DNA of 64,000 bases from Eubacterium sp. (GCA_017430325.1 JAFRNE010000002.1:2386-66385), one strand, 5' to 3'. Counted from the stretch's first letter, positions 30,044 to 40,312 are shown. Translations and numbers: made by a program. Notes: generated from the letters alone by a model not told the origin.

Positions 30044-32191
30044 TCACTCTCCCTTCTTGTCGTATTTTCCGTCGCGGAGGTCTCCGACTTTAACCTTGAG
30101 GGATGTCCACGAACTGTTGCTGTCGATATTTGGAACTCTGTTCTTTGCCTCATCGAAGAGGTTGTAGATGTCGAGTTTCTGGGTCTGAGTGTATTTCATT
30201 GGGTCGCCGTAGAACTCAAAGAGCGATGTAAGGTGAGCTGCGTAAACCTTTGCGATAGCGGTTGAATCAACCGAAAGGTTCTGCTCCCCCAGCTTAAAGT
30301 ACGTAAATGCGTTCTCGTAATCGCCCATGGCGATGTACATATCAGCGATACTTCTGATCTTTGACTCGTATGCAGACTGTGCAGCTTTGATGTTGCTGTT
30401 GCTGCTTGAAGATGCGAGATTGATAACGTTTCCGTCCTCATCTGTCTTCGAAGCGATAAGCTCAAGCATAGATCTGCTACGCTCGATCGCCAGACTGTAG
30501 TAACCGCTTGAACCGTCATGACCTGTGCCGTTGATAACCTCGAGCTCATAGGTTCTTGATGCGATATTCTGGTAGATCGTTGCTGCATAGTTTGTTATGT
30601 CGTATTCGTAAATAGCCGCGTTCTCAGATTCGTTGAGGTCATCCTCGGCCTGCTCAACTGCAGCACGGATAAGCTCAAGGTAATCCTTGTCAACTTCGCC
30701 TATTATTCTTGTATAACATTTAAGGATAAGGGTATAATTCGTGAACTTCTGATCGTTCGTATTTGAAAGTCCCTTATTATAGTTGTAAAAATCGGTTACG
30801 TTCACGTAAACCGCATTTGTATCCATGATACCGTTTGTAAGTGCTGATGCAACGGTTCCAAGGTATTTTGCAGATTTGCTGTAGGTATCGAATTCCTTGC
30901 TGTAATGATCGTCGTTCTTGTCATCGATCATCTGGAAATACTGTGCTGCAACTGCGTATTCCTCTTTTACGAAATACCTGTATGCTACCTGGTAGATAAC
31001 ATCCGCATTTACATTGTATGAAGGATCCTTGATCTTAGCCTCGATGGCCTTAAGTCCTGAATCCAGATCAAGCTCCGGCTCGCCGTCGCCTGTGTACTGG
31101 CTGTCAACCTTAACATACATGTCGAGCATTCTGAGGTAAGCATCAGAACTGTCCACGTTCAGGTTGATGGCATCCTTATAGTAGTTTGAAGCTTCCTTGT
31201 AATCTCCTGATTCGTAAGCTTCGTTACCGCTCTGTACAAGCTCTGTATAGTTCTCCATACGGAGTCTGTTAATACCCTTGTAACCAACGATAGCGGCAAC
31301 TCCTCCGACAACCGTAAGGACTGCCGAAGTGATAAAGAGGGCCATTTTCTTCTTATTCTTCTTTCTGAAGGTATCATCCAGCTCTGTATAATGGTCGAGG
31401 GCATACAGAAGCTCCGAACAAGACTGATATCTGTCGTTCGGGTCCGGCTGGGTACACTTCAGGATGATCTTCTCAAGACCTGTAGAAAGTGCAGGATTCC
31501 ACTGTCTTATTGGTTTCATTTCATACGGAGGCTCGCAAGGGTTCTTGCCGGTAACCATGTGGTACATGGTCGCGCCAAGATTGTAGATGTCCGTTCTGGC
31601 ATCTGTCTTGTAGATACCACGGCCCTGTGCATCACCGAACTGCTCCGGAGCGGCATAGCCTCTCGTACCGAGCGCAGTCGTATCCGCATTGTTCTCGATC
31701 GTATATTCCTTCGCGGTACCGAAGTCGATGAGCTTAACGCCGCCCTCAGGCTTCAGCATAACGTTTGAAGGCTTCATATCTCTATAGATGATAGGCGGGT
31801 TCATAGAATGCAGGTAGTCAAGAGCTGATGCAAGCTGTCTGCCCCACTCGATAACCTTTTCCTGCGGCTGCGCGCCTTCGTCCTTAAGTATTTCTGCAAT
31901 GTTGGTACCTTCTATGAAGTCCATTACAACGTAGATGATACCTCTGCTGTTAATGATGTCGACGATTCGTGGAAGAACAGGATGATCCACGTCCTTCAGT
32001 ATGTTAGCCTCTCGCTCAAGACCTTTCAGAAGAGTCTCACGGCTCTTGCTGCCGTCGTTCTTCATCTCCTTAACAGCCCACTGCTTGTTAAGACGATTAT
32101 CACGAGCAAGGTAAACTATGGACATACCGCCTCGACCAATCTCTTTCAGTATTTCATATTTACCGTCTAAAACAGTTCCCTCTTTTGTCAT
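30044..32191 (-). CDS. Hanks-type Ser/Thr protein kinase with TM and extracellular TPR-like region
   Basis: GRGGMSIVY, WAVKE, YRDMKPSN, DFG, GTRGYAAPE; one TM; helical A/Y-rich C-terminus; no PASTA repeats recognised. Confidence 0.95.
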   Translation of the reverse strand: MTKEGTVLDGKYEILKEIGRGGMSIVYLARDNRLNKQWAVKEMKNDGSKSRETLLKGLEREANILKDVDHPVLPRIVDIINSRGIIYVVMDFIEGTNIAEILKDEGAQPQEKVIEWGRQLASALDYLHSMNPPIIYRDMKPSNVMLKPEGGVKLIDFGTAKEYTIENNADTTALGTRGYAAPEQFGDAQGRGIYKTDARTDIYNLGATMYHMVTGKNPCEPPYEMKPIRQWNPALSTGLEKIILKCTQPDPNDRYQSCSELLYALDHYTELDDTFRKKNKKKMALFITSAVLTVVGGVAAIVGYKGINRLRMENYTELVQSGNEAYESGDYKEASNYYKDAINLNVDSSDAYLRMLDMYVKVDSQYTGDGEPELDLDSGLKAIEAKIKDPSYNVNADVIYQVAYRYFVKEEYAVAAQYFQMIDDKNDDHYSKEFDTYSKSAKYLGTVASALTNGIMDTNAVYVNVTDFYNYNKGLSNTNDQKFTNYTLILKCYTRIIGEVDKDYLELIRAAVEQAEDDLNESENAAIYEYDITNYAATIYQNIASRTYELEVINGTGHDGSSGYYSLAIERSRSMLELIASKTDEDGNVINLASSSSNSNIKAAQSAYESKIRSIADMYIAMGDYENAFTYFKLGEQNLSVDSTAIAKVYAAHLTSLFEFYGDPMKYTQTQKLDIYNLFDEAKNRVPNIDSNSSWTSLKVKVGDLRDGKYDKKGE

Positions 32192-32345
32192 TTTATAATC
32201 CTCTATACCCTGTTATGTGAATCATGCATTTGTTATGTGTTTTCGCAGTCTCCATCTGCGAATGCTGTCAATCCATGATGATTTATTTCATACCGTGTTT
32301 ACAGCTGTCACTGTATGTTTTGCATACGTGTCACCCGCGGTTTGA

Positions 32346-33119
32346 TTACTTCGTAGTCTTTACGACTACAACAGTGATGTTATCTGTCTCCTTGCGGTTC
32401 TTAACGAGCTCCGTAAGGTAAACACATCCGTATTGAAGTTCATCGTTTGTAGGTGTTGCTTTCGGTCCGAGCTTATCAAGTATCTCGTCCTCGCTTATCT
32501 GGTGTCTGAATCCGTCTGAGCAGAGGAGGTAAACTGCATTCTCCTTAACCTCACCCTTCAGGAAATCAGGCTGCACGATATTTGATGCTCCTACGCACTG
32601 CAGAAGAACGCTTCGTCTCGGGTCGATCTTTGCCTGCTCCTCAGTCATTCTTCCCATAGCAACCTCTCTTGCCACAAATGTCTGATCCTTTGTCAGAACC
32701 TTTGCGCTGTCGGTCAGCTCATATACGCGGCTGTCGCCAACATGCACGATGTAATACTCACCCTTGTACATGAGTATTGCCGAAACAGTAGTTCCGAGCA
32801 TGAAATTATTTGACGAACCGTAGTTGCCGAGCTTCTGATTCATAACCTGAATGATATTGTCCCAATCATCATGAAGGCTTCCAACAGAAAATGTATCCTT
32901 GCACGCCTGCTTTATAAACTTGGTGTCAAACCACTCGCTGAACGCGTAGATGACTTCCTTGCTCGCAAGCTCGCCCTTTGCAAGACCACCCATGCCATCG
33001 CAAATAATAGCAAATGCAGCCTTACCCGTAGGCGTATCAACAATTCTTACTGCAAGAGAATCCTGATTTGTACTTTTTCTTATGCCTATGTCTGTATTAT
33101 AACTGGCTGTAAATTCCAT
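32346..33119 (-). CDS. PP2C/PPM-family Ser/Thr phosphatase
   Basis: NQDS, ICDGMGG, HVGDSRVY, LCSDG, DNIT. Start placed at 33119 (ORF track 33155). Confidence 0.95.
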   Translation of the reverse strand: MEFTASYNTDIGIRKSTNQDSLAVRIVDTPTGKAAFAIICDGMGGLAKGELASKEVIYAFSEWFDTKFIKQACKDTFSVGSLHDDWDNIIQVMNQKLGNYGSSNNFMLGTTVSAILMYKGEYYIVHVGDSRVYELTDSAKVLTKDQTFVAREVAMGRMTEEQAKIDPRRSVLLQCVGASNIVQPDFLKGEVKENAVYLLCSDGFRHQISEDEILDKLGPKATPTNDELQYGCVYLTELVKNRKETDNITVVVVKTTK

Positions 33120-33213
33120 TCTATTCTCCATTCCGCCTGTCACCAGTGCGGTCAAATAAATACCTTGTCACTAAACAACTCCATCACTTAGCCGTTAGCC
33201 GGCTGTCGCGATC

Positions 33214-36015
33214 TTATTCTCCACTGCGGAGACGGAAGATGAATTCCTCATCGCCAAGCTTAACCTTGGTACCATCTGTAAGAAGCTGCTTCTTGCCTGC
33301 TTCTATCTTCACGCCGTTAACGTAGGTTCCGTTAGTAGACTTATTGTCTGTGATATAGTTAGCGCCGTTAGCATCTCTTGTGACTATACAATGTTCTCTG
33401 CTGACTGCTGTATTGTGCTCGATCGCATAGTCTGCATGAAGCTTTGATTTACCGATGATGAACTCAGGCTTTGTGATGTAGATGTTCTCATTCGTCTTGG
33501 TTCTGATGAATCTCGGAACAACCTTATTTCCTGCGATCGCAGAATCATTAACGAGTGAAGTAACCTCTTCAACAGGCTCTTTATCAACCTTGCCGGCTGC
33601 TGCCTGTGCTGCCTGCTGTGCCGCTTCACGTCTTGCTCTCTTCTCAGCCTCAACCTTCTCTGCTGCATCCATAAGGATCTGTGGAATACCAGGATCCTGT
33701 GTCGGTACTGCCTGTGGCTGTGCCGGTGCCTGTGGCTTAACCATGTGCGGAGGAATCTTCTGGAAATCAGTATCATCGATAAATGAGAATGATTCCTGAT
33801 TCATCTCGTTCAATATATCGTCATATGTATTTGCTTTCTTCTCTTCTGTCTTTGGAGCTTCCGGAGCTTTAACTTCAGGTGCTGCCTGTGGTACAACCGG
33901 AGGAACAGGTGTCTGTGGAGCCTGCTGTGGTACTGGCTGTGCTACAGCAGGTACAGGTGTCTGTACTGCTTGAGGTGGTACCGGAGGTACAGGTGATTTA
34001 ACCTGTGGTGCTACCGGCGGTTTAACCTGTGGTGCTACAGGTGAAATCGGCTGACCTCCCTGTGGTGGTGCTACAGATGGAACCGGCTGGCCTCCCTGCG
34101 GTGGTGCTACAGGTGATTTTGCCTGTGGTGGCATCTGTCCCATCGGAGGTACTGGTGGTACCGGAGAAATTGGCTGTCCACCTTGTGGTGGCATTACAGG
34201 TGGTACCGGAGCCTGCTGTGGCTTCTGTCCCATCGGAACCTGTGGTCCTGTAAGCGGTACCTTAGGTGCCTGTGGTGCTACCGGTGCTACAGGTGGAATC
34301 GGCCGACCTCCCTGTGGTGGTGCTACCGGTGGTTTAACCTGTGGTGCTACAGGCGGAACCGGCTGGCCTCCCTGTGGTGGTGCTACCGGTGGTTTAACCT
34401 GTGGTGGTATCTGTCCCATCGGAGGTACTGGTGGTACCGGAGGAATTGGCTGTCCACCTTGTGGTGGCATTACAGGTGGTACCGGAGGAACCGGTGCCTG
34501 AGGTGCCTTCTCCTCAACCTTTTCTTCAACCTTTTCGATCTTCTCTTCGATCTTTTCTTCTATCTTTTCTTCTATCTTTTCAGCAGCCGGAGCTTCCGGT
34601 GCTGCGTCTTTCTTCTCTTCAACAGGTGTTTCAGGAGCCTTAGCATCCTGTACTTCAGCTGCCTTCTCTGCTACTGCATCGGCCGCCTTCTCAACTGTTT
34701 CTGCAACCTTCTCAGCAGCTGCCGCCTCAGGTGCTGCATCCTTCTTTTCATCAACAGGTACTTCAGACGCTTTTGCTTCAGGTGCTACCGGTGGCACAGG
34801 TGGTACCGGAGCTTTAACCTCTGGAGCCTGACCCTGTGGTGGAAGCGGCTGTCCCGGCTGGCCCTGTCCAAACTGAGGAGGCATTCCAGGCTGGCCCTGT
34901 GGTCCCTGACCGAATGGCGACTGACCCTGCGGTGCCTTTCCGAACTGCGGTGGAACCGGCTGACCCTGCGGTGCCTTTCCGAACTGCGGTGGAACCGGCT
35001 GTCCCGGCTGTCCCTGTCCAAACTGAGGTGACATTCCAGGCTGGCCCTGTGGCCCCTGACCGAATGGCGGCTGGCCCTGCGGTGCCTTTCCGAACTGCGG
35101 TGGAACCGGCTGTCCAGGCTGGCCCTGTGGCGCCTTTCCGAACTGCGGTGGAACCGACTGTCCCTGTGGCGGCATTCCAGGCTGACCCATTGGTGGTCTG
35201 CCCTGTGGTGGCATTCCAGGCTGGCCCTGTCCAAACTGAGGAGGCATTCCAGGCTGGCCCTGTCCAAACTGAGGAGGCATTCCAGGCTGGCCCTGTGGCG
35301 CCTGACCATATGGTGGCATTCCAGGCTGACCATAAGGCATCTGTCCGTATGGCATCTGATTTGCCTGATTCTGTGCACGGTTTCTCATAAGCTCCATGCG
35401 ATTTATCTTGCCCGGATTTACATTTGCTCCCTGTGGAGCAGCTGCGGCCTGCGGAACAAATCCCTGCACGCCCGCCTCACTCATCATCTGCTTAACTGCA
35501 TTTCCGAAGTTCATGAGCGAGAAATTGAATCCGTTTATTTCGTTGAAAAGTCTTGCGACATAATTGTCCTTGTCTGATGTATCGAATCTGAGCATCGCCA
35601 GAACACTTCTGAAGAAATCAGTGATGTCCTTAACAGCGATCGGAGTCTTCTGTACAGGGATCGCGATACAGATAACCTCAAGTGTCTCAGGGTTGACAAA
35701 TATCTTGCTTGCATCCCTCACGATATAGCTGATCTGAATTCCCTTAGGGCCTATGCTGAATGACTTAACAAGTCCGTCCATAAGTCTGAGCACATCAGCC
35801 TTGTTTCTCTCCTTCTTGCTGAAGGTCTCAAGGTTCGGGTAATCCGTTGTAATTGCGGAAATACTCTTGTCGTCGTTCACCTTGATCGGCGCAACTCCCG
35901 GTATTATCTCCTTACTGAGCTTCTCAGCCGCCGTTGTATCAACAACGTCAACGAGGTCAAGCTCGTATTTCAAAATAACATTGCCATTTTCATGTGTTTC
36001 AACTATTTTCCCCAT
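33214..36015 (-). CDS. FHA-domain protein with DUF6382-like N-terminus and a long Pro/Gln-rich repeat linker
   Basis: C-terminal FHA (IGKS, VSREHC, DNKSTNGTYVNG); N-terminal ~180 aa resembles 36167-37771; central GQPGMPPQFG and PPVPPV repeats. Confidence 0.85.
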   Translation of the reverse strand: MGKIVETHENGNVILKYELDLVDVVDTTAAEKLSKEIIPGVAPIKVNDDKSISAITTDYPNLETFSKKERNKADVLRLMDGLVKSFSIGPKGIQISYIVRDASKIFVNPETLEVICIAIPVQKTPIAVKDITDFFRSVLAMLRFDTSDKDNYVARLFNEINGFNFSLMNFGNAVKQMMSEAGVQGFVPQAAAAPQGANVNPGKINRMELMRNRAQNQANQMPYGQMPYGQPGMPPYGQAPQGQPGMPPQFGQGQPGMPPQFGQGQPGMPPQGRPPMGQPGMPPQGQSVPPQFGKAPQGQPGQPVPPQFGKAPQGQPPFGQGPQGQPGMSPQFGQGQPGQPVPPQFGKAPQGQPVPPQFGKAPQGQSPFGQGPQGQPGMPPQFGQGQPGQPLPPQGQAPEVKAPVPPVPPVAPEAKASEVPVDEKKDAAPEAAAAEKVAETVEKAADAVAEKAAEVQDAKAPETPVEEKKDAAPEAPAAEKIEEKIEEKIEEKIEKVEEKVEEKAPQAPVPPVPPVMPPQGGQPIPPVPPVPPMGQIPPQVKPPVAPPQGGQPVPPVAPQVKPPVAPPQGGRPIPPVAPVAPQAPKVPLTGPQVPMGQKPQQAPVPPVMPPQGGQPISPVPPVPPMGQMPPQAKSPVAPPQGGQPVPSVAPPQGGQPISPVAPQVKPPVAPQVKSPVPPVPPQAVQTPVPAVAQPVPQQAPQTPVPPVVPQAAPEVKAPEAPKTEEKKANTYDDILNEMNQESFSFIDDTDFQKIPPHMVKPQAPAQPQAVPTQDPGIPQILMDAAEKVEAEKRARREAAQQAAQAAAGKVDKEPVEEVTSLVNDSAIAGNKVVPRFIRTKTNENIYITKPEFIIGKSKLHADYAIEHNTAVSREHCIVTRDANGANYITDNKSTNGTYVNGVKIEAGKKQLLTDGTKVKLGDEEFIFRLRSGE

Positions 36016-36166
36016 GATACTTCCTCCTGAAACATTTATGTCGTTCTGCTTAAAAACTTAAATATCACCCGATTCCGGGTGAAAAACCGTCAAAAAATCA
36101 CTTTATTTTATAACGACTTTATGAGAACCCTCATCAGGTTCTCATAAAGCTATTAATCGTATGCTA

Positions 36167-37771
36167 TTAGCCAAGTTTAAAGAGAAATTCCTCGTCGCCG
36201 AGCTTGATCTTGCTGTTATTCTTAAGGAGCACCTCCTGACCCTCTGCAAGCTGCTCATTGTTTACATATGTATGGTTGGTTGACTTGTTGTCCTTGATGT
36301 AGAAACCGTCATCCTTTCTTGTGATGATAGCGTGCTGTCTTGAGATAGCACCGTTACCTGCAACGGAATAATCAACACCACGGTTTGCCTTACCGATCTT
36401 AAATACATTCTTTGTGATTATGATCTTCTCTTCTGTATTTACACGGATCATGTATGGGTTGATGGTTATTGTTGCGCCGCCACCGAGAATAGATCCGCCG
36501 GCTGTCGGAGCCTTCGCAAGTGTTCCCTGTCCGATCGAGCCTGTCTTAGCCTGATTAGCTGCATCGTCGATATTTTCGATGATCGCTTCTCCGGAATCTC
36601 TCTTTCTTGTCTCGCCTGCAACCTCGATAACATCTGTCTCGCCATCTGCTGCTTCATCCGCCTCAGCTGCACCTTCCTCAGCAGCATTCTGAACAAGCGC
36701 CGCTCTGTTGATCCTTATGTTCTTAGCCTGGATACGTGGGTTGTTTGGAACAACCTCGTCAAGCTCTTCATTCTTCAGATACTCTGTGAGACCAGGCTCC
36801 TTCTTTGGCTCTTCCTTGCTGTTAACGATCTCTTCGATTCTTTCCTTAACCTCAGCCTCTGTTACCGCCTTCTTGTCTTTCTTCTTTTTCTTATCGCCGG
36901 CCTGCTCAGCTTCTACTCTTGCAGCTTCAGCTCTTGCAGCTTCCATCGTTTCCTTGTCATGAGCTGTAAGCATGCCTGTTGCTGTTTCAACGAGCTGATC
37001 GATATCCATCTCATCAACAGGAGTTGTATCTACTTCTTCGTCATCTTCCTCGTCTTCGCCGTCATCACCGATCTCAGGAAGCACATCGCTTGCAGCTCCA
37101 AGATTGTTCATGTAGCTTCCAACGCCCGAATCATCCTGACCTTCACCGCCTGCCATGATCTCGGTTCCGTCCTCAGTTGAAAATGCGCTTTCTGCATCGA
37201 AGTCGATTCCCGAATCCTCCATCAGGGCCTCTGTAAGTCCGATCAGACCTCTTAAGTTGAAGGAGTCACTATTGATATATGTCAGAAGCTGTCCTACGTA
37301 AGACAGATCTTCATTAACATCGAATCTCATGTGAGCCAGGAGCTGTCTGATGAAGCCCTTGAACTCTATACTGAGCGATCCATCGCTTTCAACCGGCAGA
37401 CACAGGAACTGTATACTGTAAGTAGCCGGATCGATATATACAAACTTTTTATTCAGGAGAATGTAAGAGAGATGAATTGCTTCCTCCTTGAGTGTTACAA
37501 GGCCGAGGGAGATATTTCTCAGGATCGTAAATACCTGTGCCTTGTTCATTGTTCTCTTTGTAAACTCACCGAGCTCTGTCTTGCCGGTTACATCATAGGA
37601 AAGATAATCGAAATCATCATCCTCCTCGTAAATAACACTGACAAGCTCGTCAAGTCCGTCCTCTTCCATAGCATCAAGAACGTCTTCGTCTACCTCACAG
37701 CCTTCCCCGATAGTATATGTGAGATAACGTTCATCCCCAATATTTTTTACAGCAAAGCTAAAATTCCTCAT
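36167..37771 (-). CDS. DUF6382-like/FHA-domain protein with an acidic linker
   Basis: C-terminal FHA (IGK, ISRQHA, DNKSTNHTYVN); N-terminal YDVTGK...ILLNKKFVYIDP...FLCLPV. Confidence 0.85.
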   Translation of the reverse strand: MRNFSFAVKNIGDERYLTYTIGEGCEVDEDVLDAMEEDGLDELVSVIYEEDDDFDYLSYDVTGKTELGEFTKRTMNKAQVFTILRNISLGLVTLKEEAIHLSYILLNKKFVYIDPATYSIQFLCLPVESDGSLSIEFKGFIRQLLAHMRFDVNEDLSYVGQLLTYINSDSFNLRGLIGLTEALMEDSGIDFDAESAFSTEDGTEIMAGGEGQDDSGVGSYMNNLGAASDVLPEIGDDGEDEEDDEEVDTTPVDEMDIDQLVETATGMLTAHDKETMEAARAEAARVEAEQAGDKKKKKDKKAVTEAEVKERIEEIVNSKEEPKKEPGLTEYLKNEELDEVVPNNPRIQAKNIRINRAALVQNAAEEGAAEADEAADGETDVIEVAGETRKRDSGEAIIENIDDAANQAKTGSIGQGTLAKAPTAGGSILGGGATITINPYMIRVNTEEKIIITKNVFKIGKANRGVDYSVAGNGAISRQHAIITRKDDGFYIKDNKSTNHTYVNNEQLAEGQEVLLKNNSKIKLGDEEFLFKLG

Positions 37772-37847
37772 GTCGACCTGTCTCCTCCTGCTAATCTATA
37801 TTTTATGTCGTATTGTATGCTTATTTGTTTTACCGACCGGTTACATC

Positions 37848-39023
37848 TTACCAGTCGTCATCATCGTCGTCATCATCATCCGACTCGCCATCGCCATCGC
37901 CGTCACCGTCGGTATCCTCATCATCCTTTGGAATACCATTCATCCAGCGCTCATCGTCCGATGTATCCTCGTGTTCCTCAAGAGTCTCACTGAACTTGTG
38001 ATAACCCTTCTCTTCATTGACCAGTCGATAGTAATAATAATCGTTATCGTCCGGATTGAGCACTGCGTAAATACATGCATATCCCGGATTACTGATCGGT
38101 CCTGCCGGAAGTCCCGCGTAAAGGTAAGTGTTGTATGGTGAATCAAGCTCGAGATCCGCGTAGGTAACAACTTCCTTGTTGTACAGACCCTCGGTCAGCG
38201 GATAAAGCACTGTAGGGTCAACCTGCAATGGCATCTCATCATCAAGACGGTTGTAATAAACTCTTGCCATCATTGAACGCTCTTCCGAAACCTTGCACTC
38301 TCTCTCGAGTATCGATGCAAGAGTGATGACCTCGTAGGTTGTAAGTCCCATCTCTTCAGCCTTTTCCTGAAGAGTATCCGTATATGCATTCTTAAACGCA
38401 CGGAGCATCTCTCTTACAAGGATGTCTGCCGTTGTGTCTTTGTAAATATCGTAGGTCGCCGGGAAGAGGAAGCCTTCCAGTCTGTATCTAACATCCGCGC
38501 CGCTCGGTACCTCTGAGAGATATCCGAAATCGCTTGAAGTGATCGACTTAACTGCCTTGACGAAATCTGACTTGGAACAGATACCCTGTTCCTCGCACCG
38601 TTCGGCGATCTGGTCTATCGTGAAGCCCTCGGGAACGACCAGCTTGTCGATTGGTCCCTCAACTTCCTTCTCCTCTGACATGATCCTCATCATCTCGAGA
38701 GTATTCATGCCTGTATTTAAAGTGTAAACTCCACTCTTCAGCTTACCGCTGTATTCGGAGTTCGAAAGTCTCCTCGTAAATGCGGTCTTATATTTGATAA
38801 GCCCCTTCCTCTTCAGGATCTTGGCTATATCCTTCTCCGTCGCGCCTTCAGGGATCTCGACTACTATGTCCTTACCCTGCGTGATCTGCGTATTTGTATA
38901 CTCATGTTGATAATCGTCGTAAATATCCTTTATATAGTCCTTCACAACTCCGAAGAGCATGATGGAGACGATTATTCCTATTACCCACTTAACTATTTTT
39001 ACCGATACTTTCCTTACACTCAT
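37848..39023 (-). CDS. mltG: Endolytic transglycosylase MltG (YceG-like)
   Basis: N-terminal TM; VPEGFT, LEGFLFPATY, LASILERE, LQVDPT, SPYNTY, GLPAGPISNPG; acidic tail. Confidence 0.93.
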   Translation of the reverse strand: MSVRKVSVKIVKWVIGIIVSIMLFGVVKDYIKDIYDDYQHEYTNTQITQGKDIVVEIPEGATEKDIAKILKRKGLIKYKTAFTRRLSNSEYSGKLKSGVYTLNTGMNTLEMMRIMSEEKEVEGPIDKLVVPEGFTIDQIAERCEEQGICSKSDFVKAVKSITSSDFGYLSEVPSGADVRYRLEGFLFPATYDIYKDTTADILVREMLRAFKNAYTDTLQEKAEEMGLTTYEVITLASILERECKVSEERSMMARVYYNRLDDEMPLQVDPTVLYPLTEGLYNKEVVTYADLELDSPYNTYLYAGLPAGPISNPGYACIYAVLNPDDNDYYYYRLVNEEKGYHKFSETLEEHEDTSDDERWMNGIPKDDEDTDGDGDGDGESDDDDDDDDDW

Positions 39024-39201
39024 TATTCAAACAATAGACTCCGTTTACATAAAATGTCCGACAAATCGCCCACAAATACAGCATCTGCGTCACAATTTGT
39101 CTTGTTCTCGTCCTAAAAATGGACATACTTGAAGTAATTTTACATTAATGTTATTATATTACCATCTTTTATAAATAATTTCAAGAAAGGATGATAGTAT
39201 T

Positions 39202-39726
39202 TTGGCAAATCCAACAGGAATCTTAACAATGGCAAACGGCGATGTGATAAAGTTCGAACTTTACCCTGAAATCGCACCAAACACAGTAAATAATTTCATC
39301 TCTCTGGTTAACAAAGGCTTCTACAACGGCCTTATCTTCCACAGAGTAATTGCAGGCTTCATGATCCAGGGCGGATGCCCTGAGGGACGTGGAACAGGCG
39401 GACCGGGATATTCGATCAGAGGCGAGTTCTCAGACAACGGCTTCAAGAACGACCTTAAGCATACAGCAGGCGTTCTTTCTATGGCTCGTTCAATGAATCC
39501 TGATTCTGCAGGATCACAGTTCTTCATCATGCATCAGGATGCACCTCACCTTGACGGACAGTATGCAGCTTTCGGAAAGGTTACAGAGGGAATGGATATC
39601 GTAAATAAGATCGCGATGACACGCACCGGCTGGGGCGACAAGCCTATGGAAGAGCAGAAGATCCAGAGCATCGTTATCGATACTCAGGGTGTGACATATC
39701 CAGAACCTGAAACACTTGCGAGATAG
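39202..39726 (+). CDS. Cyclophilin-type peptidyl-prolyl isomerase (TTG start)
   Basis: [34 protein letters not shown]. Confidence 0.95.
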   Translation: MANPTGILTMANGDVIKFELYPEIAPNTVNNFISLVNKGFYNGLIFHRVIAGFMIQGGCPEGRGTGGPGYSIRGEFSDNGFKNDLKHTAGVLSMARSMNPDSAGSQFFIMHQDAPHLDGQYAAFGKVTEGMDIVNKIAMTRTGWGDKPMEEQKIQSIVIDTQGVTYPEPETLAR

Positions 39727-39814
39727 TCGCATATTTCTAAATATTTCTAAAACAAACGACAGGATGCAACAGTTATTTTAAAATACTTTTGCAACCTGTC
39801 TGTTTTTATATTTC

Positions 39815-40312
39815 TTACCACGATAAGCGGTGAAGTTCTCCCTTCGTCTCAAGCCCCGCAAAATCCATCTGGCGGAGGGCTTCGAAGGTGACGATTGCAA
39901 CGGAATCGGCGAGGTTGAGGGAACGTTCCTCAGGCATCATAGGAATACGGACACAGCTGTCCGGATGCTCCACAAGTATCTCCTCAGGTATACCTGCGCT
40001 CTCCTTCCCGAACATGATGTAGCAGCCATCGCTGTAGCTTACATCAGTGTAACGGTTCTTTGCTTTTGTGGTCGCAAAAAACATATTTCCGACAGCGGTC
40101 GGATTCTTCTCCAGAAAATCGTTATAATCAAGATATCTTTCATAATTCAGGCGGGGCCAGTAATCAAGCCCTGCTCTTTTTACAGCCTTTTCAGAAAGGT
40201 GGAACCCAAGAGGTTCGATCAGATGAAGCTTTGCACCCGTGATGACACAGGTTCTGCCGATATGTCCTGTATTTGCAGGCATTTCCGGCTCAAAGAGAAC
40301 TATATTAATCAT
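39815..40312 (-). CDS. trmL: tRNA (cytidine(34)-2'-O)-methyltransferase
   Basis: SPOUT motifs LFEPEMPANTG, RAGLDYW, FGKES, RSLNLA. Confidence 0.93.
   Translation of the reverse strand: MINIVLFEPEMPANTGHIGRTCVITGAKLHLIEPLGFHLSEKAVKRAGLDYWPRLNYERYLDYNDFLEKNPTAVGNMFFATTKAKNRYTDVSYSDGCYIMFGKESAGIPEEILVEHPDSCVRIPMMPEERSLNLADSVAIVTFEALRQMDFAGLETKGELHRLSW

Noticed and set aside
20189-39023. Calling the kinase/FHA cluster a type VII secretion system
   Set aside because: No EssC FtsK ATPase, WXG100, EsaA or LXG gene in the window.
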